DNA of 40,999 nt, taken from IMG/VR virus record IMGVR_UViG_3300031578_000136; one strand, given 5' to 3'. Positions within the stretch are counted from its first letter, which is position 1; each line of letters opens with the position of its first letter. Below, piece by piece: positions 18,624 through 25,685 of this stretch. Under the pieces are notes generated by a model, which was not told where the DNA came from, did not search any database, and was given only the letters and a program-made list of their open reading frames with translations. Source of the DNA: a virus. The position numbers and the translations under genes are program-made.

Positions 18624-19194
18624 CTATACTCATTCCTTCATGTTTATGGATTATCTTTTCCTTGCTGTCAATCTCCCTTTTGGTTGTTTTAACTTCTGTA
18701 TATTTCATAAGCTGCTCAAGAGCATTAAGCAACTGCCTCATATAACCGTTATAGATATTGGCAAAACTCTCGGCTTCAAAAGCTGTGGGATAGACATCTG
18801 CCCTTTTAAGTTTTGCAGTTATGTAAGCGACCCTCTCTAGTATTATTGCAAATATTGGATTGCTGCTGTATTCCTTCTTCTGGTTCTTGTAGTATTTTAA
18901 AAGACCTCTGTAAAGAGATTCATAAAGCTCAACAGTCCAGTTATCTTCATCTTCAAATCCAGCTGTGCAGAGTCCGTGAGTTATCTTTGCCGAGCGTCCC
19001 TGCTTGTATTTTAAAATCCTTGTACCCTGTGTTCCTATGACTATGGCAGCATTGCCAAGCTTCTTTATGCTCTTTCCCTTAGCCTGGCTTTCAACCAGTT
19101 TTAAAACTTCTTCCTTGAAAGGATTATTTACTTTTATGACTTTAAGGTAGTCAGTATATTTTATTTTAAAGAATGCTCTCTCTTTTATCCTCAA
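18538..19194 (-). CDS. terS: Candidate terminase small subunit
   Basis: 218 aa, immediately upstream of terL and overlapping it by 86 nt. No motif recognised. Call based on position only. Confidence 0.35.
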   Translation of the reverse strand: MRIKERAFFKIKYTDYLKVIKVNNPFKEEVLKLVESQAKGKSIKKLGNAAIVIGTQGTRILKYKQGRSAKITHGLCTAGFEDEDNWTVELYESLYRGLLKYYKNQKKEYSSNPIFAIILERVAYITAKLKRADVYPTAFEAESFANIYNGYMRQLLNALEQLMKYTEVKTTKREIDSKEKIIHKHEGMSIDELEDRARELLEKRPGRITVDLGRVNKA

Positions 19195-19372
19195 ACTTCC
19201 TCTCCTTTGTAAGCATCAATATATTTTTGCAATGCTCGCATATAACATACTGAATTCCAGTAGCATCGTAGTTATCTGGATTTGTAGGGACTGTTTTCCC
19301 ACAATTTGGATTAAAGCATATTGTAAAGATTCCCCCCGTATTATTATCTTTATAAAGCGGCATTCTAATCAT
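19166..19372 (-). CDS. Small zinc-ribbon protein
   Basis: 68 aa with CFNPNC ... CEHC cysteine pairs. Confidence 0.4.
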   Translation of the reverse strand: MIRMPLYKDNNTGGIFTICFNPNCGKTVPTNPDNYDATGIQYVICEHCKNILMLTKERKFEDKRESIL

Positions 19373-19375
19373 AAC

Positions 19376-19612
19376 TCACCTTACCGAAGTATAAATATTT
19401 GTTTTGAACCCTCCGACATAGGTAATCCCATTTTCTAAAATAAAATCAGAAAAGAATTTTTTTGCCTTCGTGGCGTTTTTAAATTTTTTAAAAAGCCTGT
19501 ATTTTTTTTCAAGTGGCTCTTTTCTATAAATTTTATTTCCTTTGAAATAGTAAAAATATTTTGTAAACTCTGTATTAAAATTTTCTCCGTTACTTAAAAG
19601 TTTAAAATTCAT
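19376..19612 (-). CDS. Hypothetical protein
   Basis: 78-aa ORF, tightly packed with its neighbours on the same strand. Confidence 0.3.
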   Translation of the reverse strand: MNFKLLSNGENFNTEFTKYFYYFKGNKIYRKEPLEKKYRLFKKFKNATKAKKFFSDFILENGITYVGGFKTNIYTSVR

Positions 19613-19653
19613 TTTTATTATTAATAACTCAATAGTGAAGTTAAGAAATTTAG

Positions 19654-19944
19654 TTAAAGTTTGCTATCTTTATTAAAATAATTTGCCACAAGTGCAGTAC
19701 AATCATTTCTTGTTTCTGTTAATTTGTGTCCGATTAAACTCTTGGCTATTTCAGCACGTTTTTCGTCAAGACTCAGTTCTATAACATTATATATTTCTCT
19801 ATATGTGGAATTGAATCTATCATATATTTTTCCTGCTATACCTTCGCACCAATCAAGATGAGGATGAGCTCCACATATTGCACAGCCTAATTGAGCAGCT
19901 TCAGTTGCTGTCATTGACAAATGGTTTTTTTTCATAACTATCAC
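19654..19944 (-). CDS. Hypothetical protein
   Basis: 96-aa ORF with RBS GAGGTGATAGTT upstream of the ATG. Three ACTTAACT repeats lie just upstream (19965-19987). Confidence 0.4.
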   Translation of the reverse strand: MIVMKKNHLSMTATEAAQLGCAICGAHPHLDWCEGIAGKIYDRFNSTYREIYNVIELSLDEKRAEIAKSLIGHKLTETRNDCTALVANYFNKDSKL

Positions 19945-20679
19945 CTCGCTTTACTTTAATCTAAACTTAACTCTACTTAACTTAACTCCACTATTTTTTC
20001 ATCTGATATTTCCATTAAGCTGCTTTCTTATAAAAAAATCCCAAATAAAAATCTGGTTTTTTTATTAAAAAGCCAGAAAAAAAACTTGGTAATAAAGGTT
20101 TAGAAATAACCCTTGAATAACTAGATAGGCAACCCCTCCTTTCCTAACTGCGTTTATCTATTCTTTTATCAAAAAGCCTCCTTATAAGTTTTTTTGCCCG
20201 GCGCATTTTTAAAACCTGCAAAGTTAAACAAAAGTTAAGGATAAAATTTCGTATGTAAATTGAGAAGTTGGCAACCATGGATTTTTTCCTCCACGGAGTT
20301 TCAATAGAATCTAACCATTTCTTAAAATCTTCTGTCATAGTCAAAAGTTCTGACGGATGTGCTCTTCTAACGTAATTTTCAGAAATTTTATTTTTCTTCA
20401 TAGACATAACTTTCTAAAAGAGTAAGCATTCTTTTTTTATTCTGGCACATAACTATTTTGGAAAAAAAGGATTCTTTTTCCGGGCGTTTTAAATTTACAT
20501 CATTATCAAAAAAGCACCCGCATCGGATATACCTCTCATTTGCCACCAGAAACTCCAGGATAACGCTAGACGAGAGATAATACAGTTTTAGTAAGTTTAT
20601 ACACATATTACTAAAAATATTCTTAAACTGCAATATTATGATAGCTATAGAGAGAGAGATAATAATTTAAAATCGGCTG

Positions 20680-20743
20680 GCTCCTGGAATTTCCTTAACT
20701 GTAGGTCCCCACCCCACCCCTTAAAGGCAGTTCTACCAGGAGC
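20680..20743. other. GC-rich structured island in AT-rich non-coding DNA (nested inverted repeats around CCCCACCCCACCCC)
   Basis: GCTCCTGG (20680-20687) pairs with CCAGGAGC (20736-20743). AACTG (20697-20701) pairs with CAGTT (20728-20732). A C4-A-C4-A-C4 tract lies in the loop, and TTTTTT is at 20751-20756. Confidence 0.4.
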
Positions 20744-21142
20744 ATACATATTTTTTAGATATAAAATGATATATATGTGTTGGTGGATCATATAAAAATA
20801 ACTAATAGGCCTGGTTATCTACTACATATAGCAATCTATATAATTATATCTCCATATATTGATGAACTTCCGATAACGTGCATTATGTAAACTTGTAAAT
20901 CTTTCTTTTTAGGCCTATCCTTACTCTTATTATATATAAATACCTATTATCTATAATAACAGCAGTAATATAATATCTTTAAAACCCCACCATAATAGCC
21001 TATATATATCTGGTTTTTTCAAGTTTTAGTATGTTGATTCTTATATAAAAACCTATATTTATATATCTAGCCTTAGTCTATTTATATCTTATCTTTATTT
21101 ATAATTTATCTTATATATATTATTACACTGTGATTTCTCATT

Positions 21143-21157
21143 AAAAGGGTTCAAAAT
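21143..21157. promoter_or_regulatory. Exact 15-mer AAAAGGGTTCAAAAT, copy 1
   Basis: Identical to 21432-21446. It lies just past the stop of the sigma region-2-like ORF. Confidence 0.4.
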
Positions 21158-21170
21158 TCTTGTGGAAAAT

Positions 21171-21422
21171 TTAAAATATCTGTGGATAACTTATATTCTT
21201 TTTTATATAGTTTATTATTATATTATTAGATACTCGCATTATAAAACGCCGGGAAGATCGCAGTTTATTACTTCTGGCCAGTTCCCAGAGCTTCAATTTT
21301 ATTTCCTGGAATAGATCTTCTTTCAGTCCGGGATCATAATTTCTTATAGTGTACTCAATAGCTTTACTGTACTTATCTATTATGTAGTTAAATCTTATCT
21401 CTATATTATCCTTACACGTCAT
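21171..21422 (-). CDS. Sigma-70 region-2-like small protein (83 aa)
   Basis: FNYIIDKYSKAIEYTIRNYDPGLKEDLFQEIKLKLWELA...RRFIMRVSNNIIINYIKK follows the Sigma70_r2 pattern (f..l...y...., eDLvQEvflklw, ...n...d..rk). Confidence 0.5.
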   Translation of the reverse strand: MTCKDNIEIRFNYIIDKYSKAIEYTIRNYDPGLKEDLFQEIKLKLWELARSNKLRSSRRFIMRVSNNIIINYIKKNISYPQIF

Positions 21423-21431
21423 TTATAGTCA

Positions 21432-21446
21432 AAAAGGGTTCAAAAT
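21432..21446. promoter_or_regulatory. Exact 15-mer AAAAGGGTTCAAAAT, copy 2
   Basis: Lies in the 27-bp spacer between the two sigma-like ORFs. Confidence 0.4.
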
Positions 21447-21449
21447 ATT

Positions 21450-21833
21450 TTAAGTTTTTTTATTTAGTTTCCTTAAGATCCTTTTAACCAGCCGGGTCTT
21501 TCTTGATTTATAACCATTATAGGAAAGTCTTATGTACTGCTCGCAGAATACTTTGTCAACATCAGAGGCCCAGAACCGCAAGATCTCAATGTCCCTATAA
21601 GATAACCTTAATTTCAAAATAGCTTTTTCAACGTCTACTATTATTTCAATTAGCTTTTCAAAAGTGGCCCAGGGATTCACTGCCGGCAAACCTTTATTCA
21701 GGACCATAAAAGACCCGGAAAACAAAGCAACTAGATCCGCAAGCTCCAGCCTGAAATAACTCTTGATCATCCTGCCGGTATATTCCATAAGTATATTATA
21801 GTAAATATTTACATATTTAGTAAGTTTATTCAA
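21450..21833 (-). CDS. Sigma-70 region-4-like / ArpU-type late transcription regulator candidate (127 aa)
   Basis: C-terminal AILKLRLSYRDIEILRFWASD....LSYNGYKSRKTRLVKRILRKL follows the region-4 HTH pattern (L.p.er.il.l......s..t.KsR..Ra.kkLr). It is the first gene of the minus-strand late unit. Confidence 0.45.
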   Translation of the reverse strand: MNKLTKYVNIYYNILMEYTGRMIKSYFRLELADLVALFSGSFMVLNKGLPAVNPWATFEKLIEIIVDVEKAILKLRLSYRDIEILRFWASDVDKVFCEQYIRLSYNGYKSRKTRLVKRILRKLNKKT

Positions 21834-21840
21834 TTTATGC

Positions 21841-21868
21841 TTGACATTTGATACTGATATGGTAAACT
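21841..21868 (+). promoter_or_regulatory. Sigma-70-type promoter of the anti-restriction operon
   Basis: TTGACA (21841-21846), a 16-nt spacer, then TAAACT (21863-21868), about 45 nt upstream of the 59-aa ORF. Confidence 0.5.
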
Positions 21869-21913
21869 AATTTCAGGAAGTGAAAATATTTAATAAATAA
21901 GAAAGAAGGCAAA

Positions 21914-22093
21914 ATGAAAGCGTCAATTATAACTAAGTTGGATAAGTACGGTAGACCTGTTTGCGTTCCAGTATCACCACGCCAATATAAGACTGATCCA
22001 CTATTGACCATGCCGGTAACGACTAACAGCCAGAATAGAGCCTTTATTGTTGAGCCTACTGGCAAGACCTGGATATTTAAGCGTTCAAAATAG
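21914..22093 (+). CDS. Hypothetical 59-aa protein (below the ORF-track cutoff)
   Basis: Hand translation gives MKASIITKLDKYGRPVCVPVSPRQYKTDPLLTMPVTTNSQNRAFIVEPTGKTWIFKRSK. It has RBS GAAGG and its own promoter. The antisense track ORF 21835..22065 has neither. Confidence 0.5.
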   Translation: MKASIITKLDKYGRPVCVPVSPRQYKTDPLLTMPVTTNSQNRAFIVEPTGKTWIFKRSK

Positions 22094-22104
22094 TAATTTG
22101 AAGC

Positions 22105-22132
22105 CTACCTATTGAAATAAAAAAATAGGTAG
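22105..22132. other. Perfect 9-bp inverted repeat (CTACCTATT / AATAGGTAG, 10-nt loop) upstream of the RadC-like gene
   Basis: Read directly from the sequence. No T-run follows on the plus strand, so it may be an operator or RNA hairpin rather than a terminator. Confidence 0.3.
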
Positions 22133-22164
22133 CATTGAGATTATTATAATATAAAGGGGTAAAA

Positions 22165-22596
22165 ATGATTAAATTAATTGAGATCAGGGAATTGAGCCGG
22201 ATCTCCGAAAAACTAAATTTCGTCTGTATTGAAAATGTTGTTGATTATTGCTTTAAAAAACCTTTAGAGATGCAGACGCTTAGCCAGGAGCATTTATATT
22301 GTTTTTGTTTAGATATAAAAAACAATATTAAAAGTATCGAAATGGTTTCTAAAGGTTCACTAAATACATCTATAGTTCACCCTAGGGAAGTACTAAAGGC
22401 CGCTATATTAAGTAATGCTGCATCAATAATAATGGTACATAATCACCCATCAGGAGACTCTGATCCTTCAAACGATGACATTGAAATAACAGGACGCATA
22501 AAAAAAGCCTGCGATATTTTTGGGATCAGTTTACTAGATCATATTATTATCGGTAAAAATAATTATTACAGCTTTAAAAATAAAGGAATGTTATAA
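22165..22596 (+). CDS. radC: RadC-like JAB/MPN domain protein
   Basis: SIVHPREVLKAAILSNAASIIMVHNHPSGDSDPSNDDIEITGRI...LLDHIIIG is the canonical RadC JAMM signature (HNHPSG...PS..D). Confidence 0.85.
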   Translation: MIKLIEIRELSRISEKLNFVCIENVVDYCFKKPLEMQTLSQEHLYCFCLDIKNNIKSIEMVSKGSLNTSIVHPREVLKAAILSNAASIIMVHNHPSGDSDPSNDDIEITGRIKKACDIFGISLLDHIIIGKNNYYSFKNKGML

Positions 22597-22597
22597 G

Positions 22598-23440
22598 ATG
22601 CAAAACAAAATAAAAGACCAGGAAATAAAAAATAAAATTGATGATGCAGTTGAGTCTCTATTTTCAGAGCTAGAAACCGGAAAGAGTGAGCGACTTTTAA
22701 AATATTTAGAGTTTGCTGCAAGGTTCAGACATTATAGTTTTTATAATACTCTTCTAATTTATTTCCAGAATCCAGAGGCCAGTTATGTTGCCGGTTATGT
22801 TACCTGGAAAGATCAAGGCTTTATAATTAATAAAGGTAGTAAAGCAATTAAAATATTAGCTCCAAGATTTTATAAATATTATGAAAATAATGACAAAACA
22901 GTATTTATAAATAAATATGATTCTATTCCTGATGATGTAGAAGTTGAAGAGGGAATTTATTTTATACCTGTAAGCGTTTTCGATATTAGCCAGACCACAA
23001 AAACAGAAAAAGCTAAAGATATAATAACCGATTATTACTACTCAATAGGCAATGATTTTAAAAATGAATATCTAAAGCTAAAAGATAAAATTGAAAATGA
23101 AGGTATAAAAGTAATTGAAAATAATAATGGTAGACCAGAGGGGACAGCAACCCCTGACAAAATTACAATAAAATCCACTAGGGATTATAATAACAGATTT
23201 TTAACACTTCTACATGAATACGCCCACGTGTTAGCGGATCACTCAAACGGAGAGTTTACAAAACAGGATAAAGAAGTCCAGGCCGAAGCAGTTAGTTATA
23301 TGGTTGCAAAAAGCCTAGGATTAGAGAATCCATTCTCAAAAGATTATATTTTACACTGGGGAAAGGATAAAAAAACCTTTACTGAAAACCTTGAAAAAGT
23401 CCTGGAAGTAACAAATAAAATAATGGAGAAGTTTAAATAA
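22598..23440 (+). CDS. ardC: ArdC-like antirestriction protein (N-terminal ssDNA-binding DUF1738-like domain plus C-terminal zincin-like domain)
   Basis: YSFYNTLLIYFQNPEASYVAGYVTWKDQGFIINKGSKAIKILAP (DUF1738 pattern). LLHEYAHVLADH and EVQAEAVSYMVAKSLGL (metalloprotease-like C-terminus). Confidence 0.7.
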   Translation: MQNKIKDQEIKNKIDDAVESLFSELETGKSERLLKYLEFAARFRHYSFYNTLLIYFQNPEASYVAGYVTWKDQGFIINKGSKAIKILAPRFYKYYENNDKTVFINKYDSIPDDVEVEEGIYFIPVSVFDISQTTKTEKAKDIITDYYYSIGNDFKNEYLKLKDKIENEGIKVIENNNGRPEGTATPDKITIKSTRDYNNRFLTLLHEYAHVLADHSNGEFTKQDKEVQAEAVSYMVAKSLGLENPFSKDYILHWGKDKKTFTENLEKVLEVTNKIMEKFK

Positions 23441-23531
23441 GTAAAAGCACAAAAAATGAATTACTACAATCGCATTTAAGACACGAAAAGACAAGGGTTA
23501 ATATAATATCATTAAAGGAAAGGAAAGAAAA

Positions 23532-23849
23532 ATGAAATTAATGACTAAAGAATTAGAAGAAAGATTTAGGCAGGTTGGCAGCCAAGATGAAGTTAAAGAC
23601 CCGGTTATAATAGCAAAGTTTTTTAATCCTGCTGGACTGGGGACCTGGCTGGCTACAGAGTACAGCGCAGTGGATAAAATCTTTTTTGGGTATGTATCTT
23701 TATTTGGGGATCATTGCGATGAATGGGGGTCATTTAGTCTTGAAGAGCTTGAAAGCTATAAAGGACCGTTTGGGTTAGGAATTGAGAGAGATTTACATTT
23801 TGAGGAGATGCCCTCAAGTGAGTTAATCAAGCAATATACTAAAGTATAG
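23532..23849 (+). CDS. DUF2958-family protein
   Basis: IIAKFFNPAGLGTWLATEY....FFGYVSLFGD..EWGSFSLEELESYKGPFGLGIERDLHF follows the DUF2958 pattern closely. Confidence 0.7.
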   Translation: MKLMTKELEERFRQVGSQDEVKDPVIIAKFFNPAGLGTWLATEYSAVDKIFFGYVSLFGDHCDEWGSFSLEELESYKGPFGLGIERDLHFEEMPSSELIKQYTKV

Positions 23850-23861
23850 ATAATCCTGGCC

Positions 23862-23957
23862 ATTGCCTATTAGAAAAAGAATTAGAGCAGACATAATGTT
23901 AACAAGCACACATAATTAATTAAGAATTTACACATATACTTACTACTAATAGGCAAT
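23862..23957. repeat. Perfect 12-bp inverted repeat ATTGCCTATTAG / CTAATAGGCAAT with a 72-nt spacer, in an intergenic region
   Basis: Arms at 23862-23873 and 23946-23957, read directly from the sequence. Function unknown. Confidence 0.6.
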
Positions 23958-24003
23958 AGCGAAGATTATAAAATAATTTACTTAGTAAATCGGAGGTGAA
24001 ATT

Positions 24004-24189
24004 ATGTTTCGTTATAGATGGACAATTAAAGAATTAAATGAAGTAAGTAATTGGAAATTGATAGAAACATTGGTAGACGAAAGACGAAGTAGTTGCACAA
24101 ATTATTATACCCCACTATATAAAAAATTAGGAGAACTTACAAAGTGGGTTAAAGAACAAAAAGTGGGTACTCCGGACTGGAAAGAATAA
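24004..24189 (+). CDS. Hypothetical small protein
   Basis: 61 aa, RBS GGAGGTGAAATT upstream of the ATG. Confidence 0.45.
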   Translation: MFRYRWTIKELNEVSNWKLIETLVDERRSSCTNYYTPLYKKLGELTKWVKEQKVGTPDWKE

Positions 24190-24259
24190 AATCAATAGTA
24201 TTCATTCAGGGTATAGCGATATACCTTGATTAAATATTATTAATGAAGGGAGATAAAAG

Positions 24260-24394
24260 ATGAGTTATACAATTCAAAACTGTAGTATTTGTAAAAAGGA
24301 TGTAAAGATTGAAGCTCTAAATTTTTTAATGAACCTTGATAAAAAAATTGTATGTTCTGAATGTCAAAAGGAAACCGAGATAAATGGGAGATAA
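24260..24394 (+). CDS. 44-aa zinc-ribbon protein (below the ORF-track cutoff)
   Basis: Hand translation gives MSYTIQNCSICKK...VCSECQKETEINGR, with two CxxC pairs. RBS GGGAGATAAAAG. Confidence 0.45.
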   Translation: MSYTIQNCSICKKDVKIEALNFLMNLDKKIVCSECQKETEINGR

Positions 24395-24397
24395 GAG

Positions 24398-24673
24398 ATG
24401 ACTCCAGAAAGTAAAATTAAAAAAGTACAATTACAATGCAGTGTAATAAATCAATTAATACCTAAAGCTAATAAATATTTTATTGATTATTGCAAGGCAA
24501 TTAAAGAGGCCTGGAGCAATGGCAAATTTTGTGGCAATCATAAAGATAATTATGATATTTTAGAGAAACATAATTTAGGTAATTGCTACGATAATTATTA
24601 TGGTAAATATAAATTCAATTGGAATTATGAAATCCAAGAACTAAATAAGCGTTATAAACAATGTTTAAAATGA
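24398..24673 (+). CDS. Hypothetical small protein
   Basis: 91 aa, tightly packed in the plus-strand operon. Confidence 0.4.
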   Translation: MTPESKIKKVQLQCSVINQLIPKANKYFIDYCKAIKEAWSNGKFCGNHKDNYDILEKHNLGNCYDNYYGKYKFNWNYEIQELNKRYKQCLK

Positions 24674-24686
24674 AAGGAGATAAAAA

Positions 24687-24950
24687 GTGTTAAAGACTAA
24701 AAAAGATATTTTTAAATGGTGGGAACAGTGCGGAAGTAAACCTGATAAACACGATGACTATATAGAATTTTATATTCATACATTGGTACACTTTTTACAC
24801 CAGGATATTGCAGAGGTTAAAGAAAGAGATACTAAAAATAAAATACACTTTATAGATGTTATTATTAGAAAGTGGAAAATTCCATTGAAACTTAATTTTA
24901 TGTTACAAGATAATAATGTTTATAAAGTAGTAAGAATAGCTGGATTCTAA
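24687..24950 (+). CDS. Hypothetical small protein (GTG start)
   Basis: 87 aa, RBS AAAGGAGATAAAAA upstream of the GTG. Confidence 0.4.
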   Translation: MLKTKKDIFKWWEQCGSKPDKHDDYIEFYIHTLVHFLHQDIAEVKERDTKNKIHFIDVIIRKWKIPLKLNFMLQDNNVYKVVRIAGF

Positions 24951-24969
24951 TTAGAAAGGAGATGAAATA

Positions 24970-25176
24970 ATGCCTAATCAAATATTCATAATTGTAGATG
25001 CAGACACAGATGCAGTTTGTGGTGTTGTGGAAACAGACAAGCCTTACAAGATTGTCCAGGATGCAATAGACAAATATAGAAAAGATAACCCGGTTGATTG
25101 CAATTGGGATGACCTGAAAGAGTATCTAATGGCCAATGGATTTAATCTAATTGAATATGATGAAGTCTATTTTTAA
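24970..25176 (+). CDS. Hypothetical small, strongly acidic protein
   Basis: 68 aa with about 15 Asp/Glu versus about 6 Lys/Arg by my count. RBS AAAGGAGATGAAATA. Confidence 0.45.
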   Translation: MPNQIFIIVDADTDAVCGVVETDKPYKIVQDAIDKYRKDNPVDCNWDDLKEYLMANGFNLIEYDEVYF

Positions 25177-25187
25177 GAAAGGAAATT

Positions 25188-25646
25188 ATGAGAGAAATTA
25201 AATTTAGAGTTTGGGATATTTTAAAAAAGAAGATGCTACCAGTAGAAGCACTACACTTTGGGTATTGCGAAACAATAGGTATAAAAAGTGAAGAAGTAGG
25301 TGTAATGGTAGGTGAACCATATCAAAGAGAACAATTCCCCCATAATCCTGTATGGGAAACTGCAAGAGATTTTAAAGGAAAACCACATTCAAATTCTACA
25401 GTTGTTCTCATGCAATATACAGGATTAAAAGATAAAAATGGTAAAGAGATTTATGAAGGGGATATTGTTAAAGACGATATTGGAATTCGTTTAGTAAAAA
25501 TAGGCTTCTCCTATTTCAATGACCCCGATGGAATAGAACATAATTTTTATGGGGTTTATGGAATTTGGGAAGATAAAACCGAGAGTTATTTTAATAAAGG
25601 TGACGATGACTTAGAAGTCATTGGCAACATATATGAAAAGGAATAA
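25188..25646 (+). CDS. YopX-family protein
   Basis: MREIKFRVWD..., LMQYTGLKDKNGKEIYEGDIV and EVIGNIYE are characteristic YopX motifs. Confidence 0.75.
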   Translation: MREIKFRVWDILKKKMLPVEALHFGYCETIGIKSEEVGVMVGEPYQREQFPHNPVWETARDFKGKPHSNSTVVLMQYTGLKDKNGKEIYEGDIVKDDIGIRLVKIGFSYFNDPDGIEHNFYGVYGIWEDKTESYFNKGDDDLEVIGNIYEKE

Positions 25647-25685
25647 AGAATGGTAATCATTTCTTAGTATATGCATTAGCTAATA

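Noticed and set aside
1211-19040. Many plus-strand track ORFs of 60-147 aa inside the minus-strand late operon (for example 1211..1486, 2505..2786, 9437..9769, 11769..12212, 12954..13241, 15389..15658, 16533..16787, 18813..19040).
   Set aside because: All are embedded antisense in long, motif-supported structural genes, and none has a recognisable RBS or motif. I treat them as shadow ORFs.
20144-20633. Minus-strand ORFs 20144..20407 (87 aa) and 20388..20633 (81 aa, TTG start) in the gene-poor control region.
   Set aside because: The second has no ATG and no RBS. The first has only a marginal RBS at an internal ATG (20401). Neither shows a motif. Not reported as genes, although the 87-aa ORF could be real.
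20702-20727. Possible G-quadruplex on the minus strand (GGGGTGGGGTGGGG).
   Set aside because: There are only three G4 runs and no fourth run within reach, so a canonical intramolecular quadruplex is not supported.
21143-21157. The GGGTTCAAAAT part of the 15-mer resembles a tRNA T-arm (GGTTCAAAT).
   Set aside because: No complementary T-stem, acceptor stem or anticodon arm can be drawn around either copy, and the loop has an extra A. It is not a tRNA or tRNA fragment.
21171-21833. The two sigma-like ORFs as one frameshifted pseudogene of a normal ECF sigma.
   Set aside because: The order is region-4-like first and region-2-like second, the reverse of a canonical sigma gene. Each ORF has its own start, so a simple frameshift cannot regenerate a normal sigma.
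21835-22065. 76-aa minus-strand track ORF (MPVGSTIKALF...).
   Set aside because: It has no RBS and is the mirror image of a plus-strand 59-aa ORF (21914..22093) that has a consensus promoter and a GAAGG RBS. I treat it as an antisense artefact.
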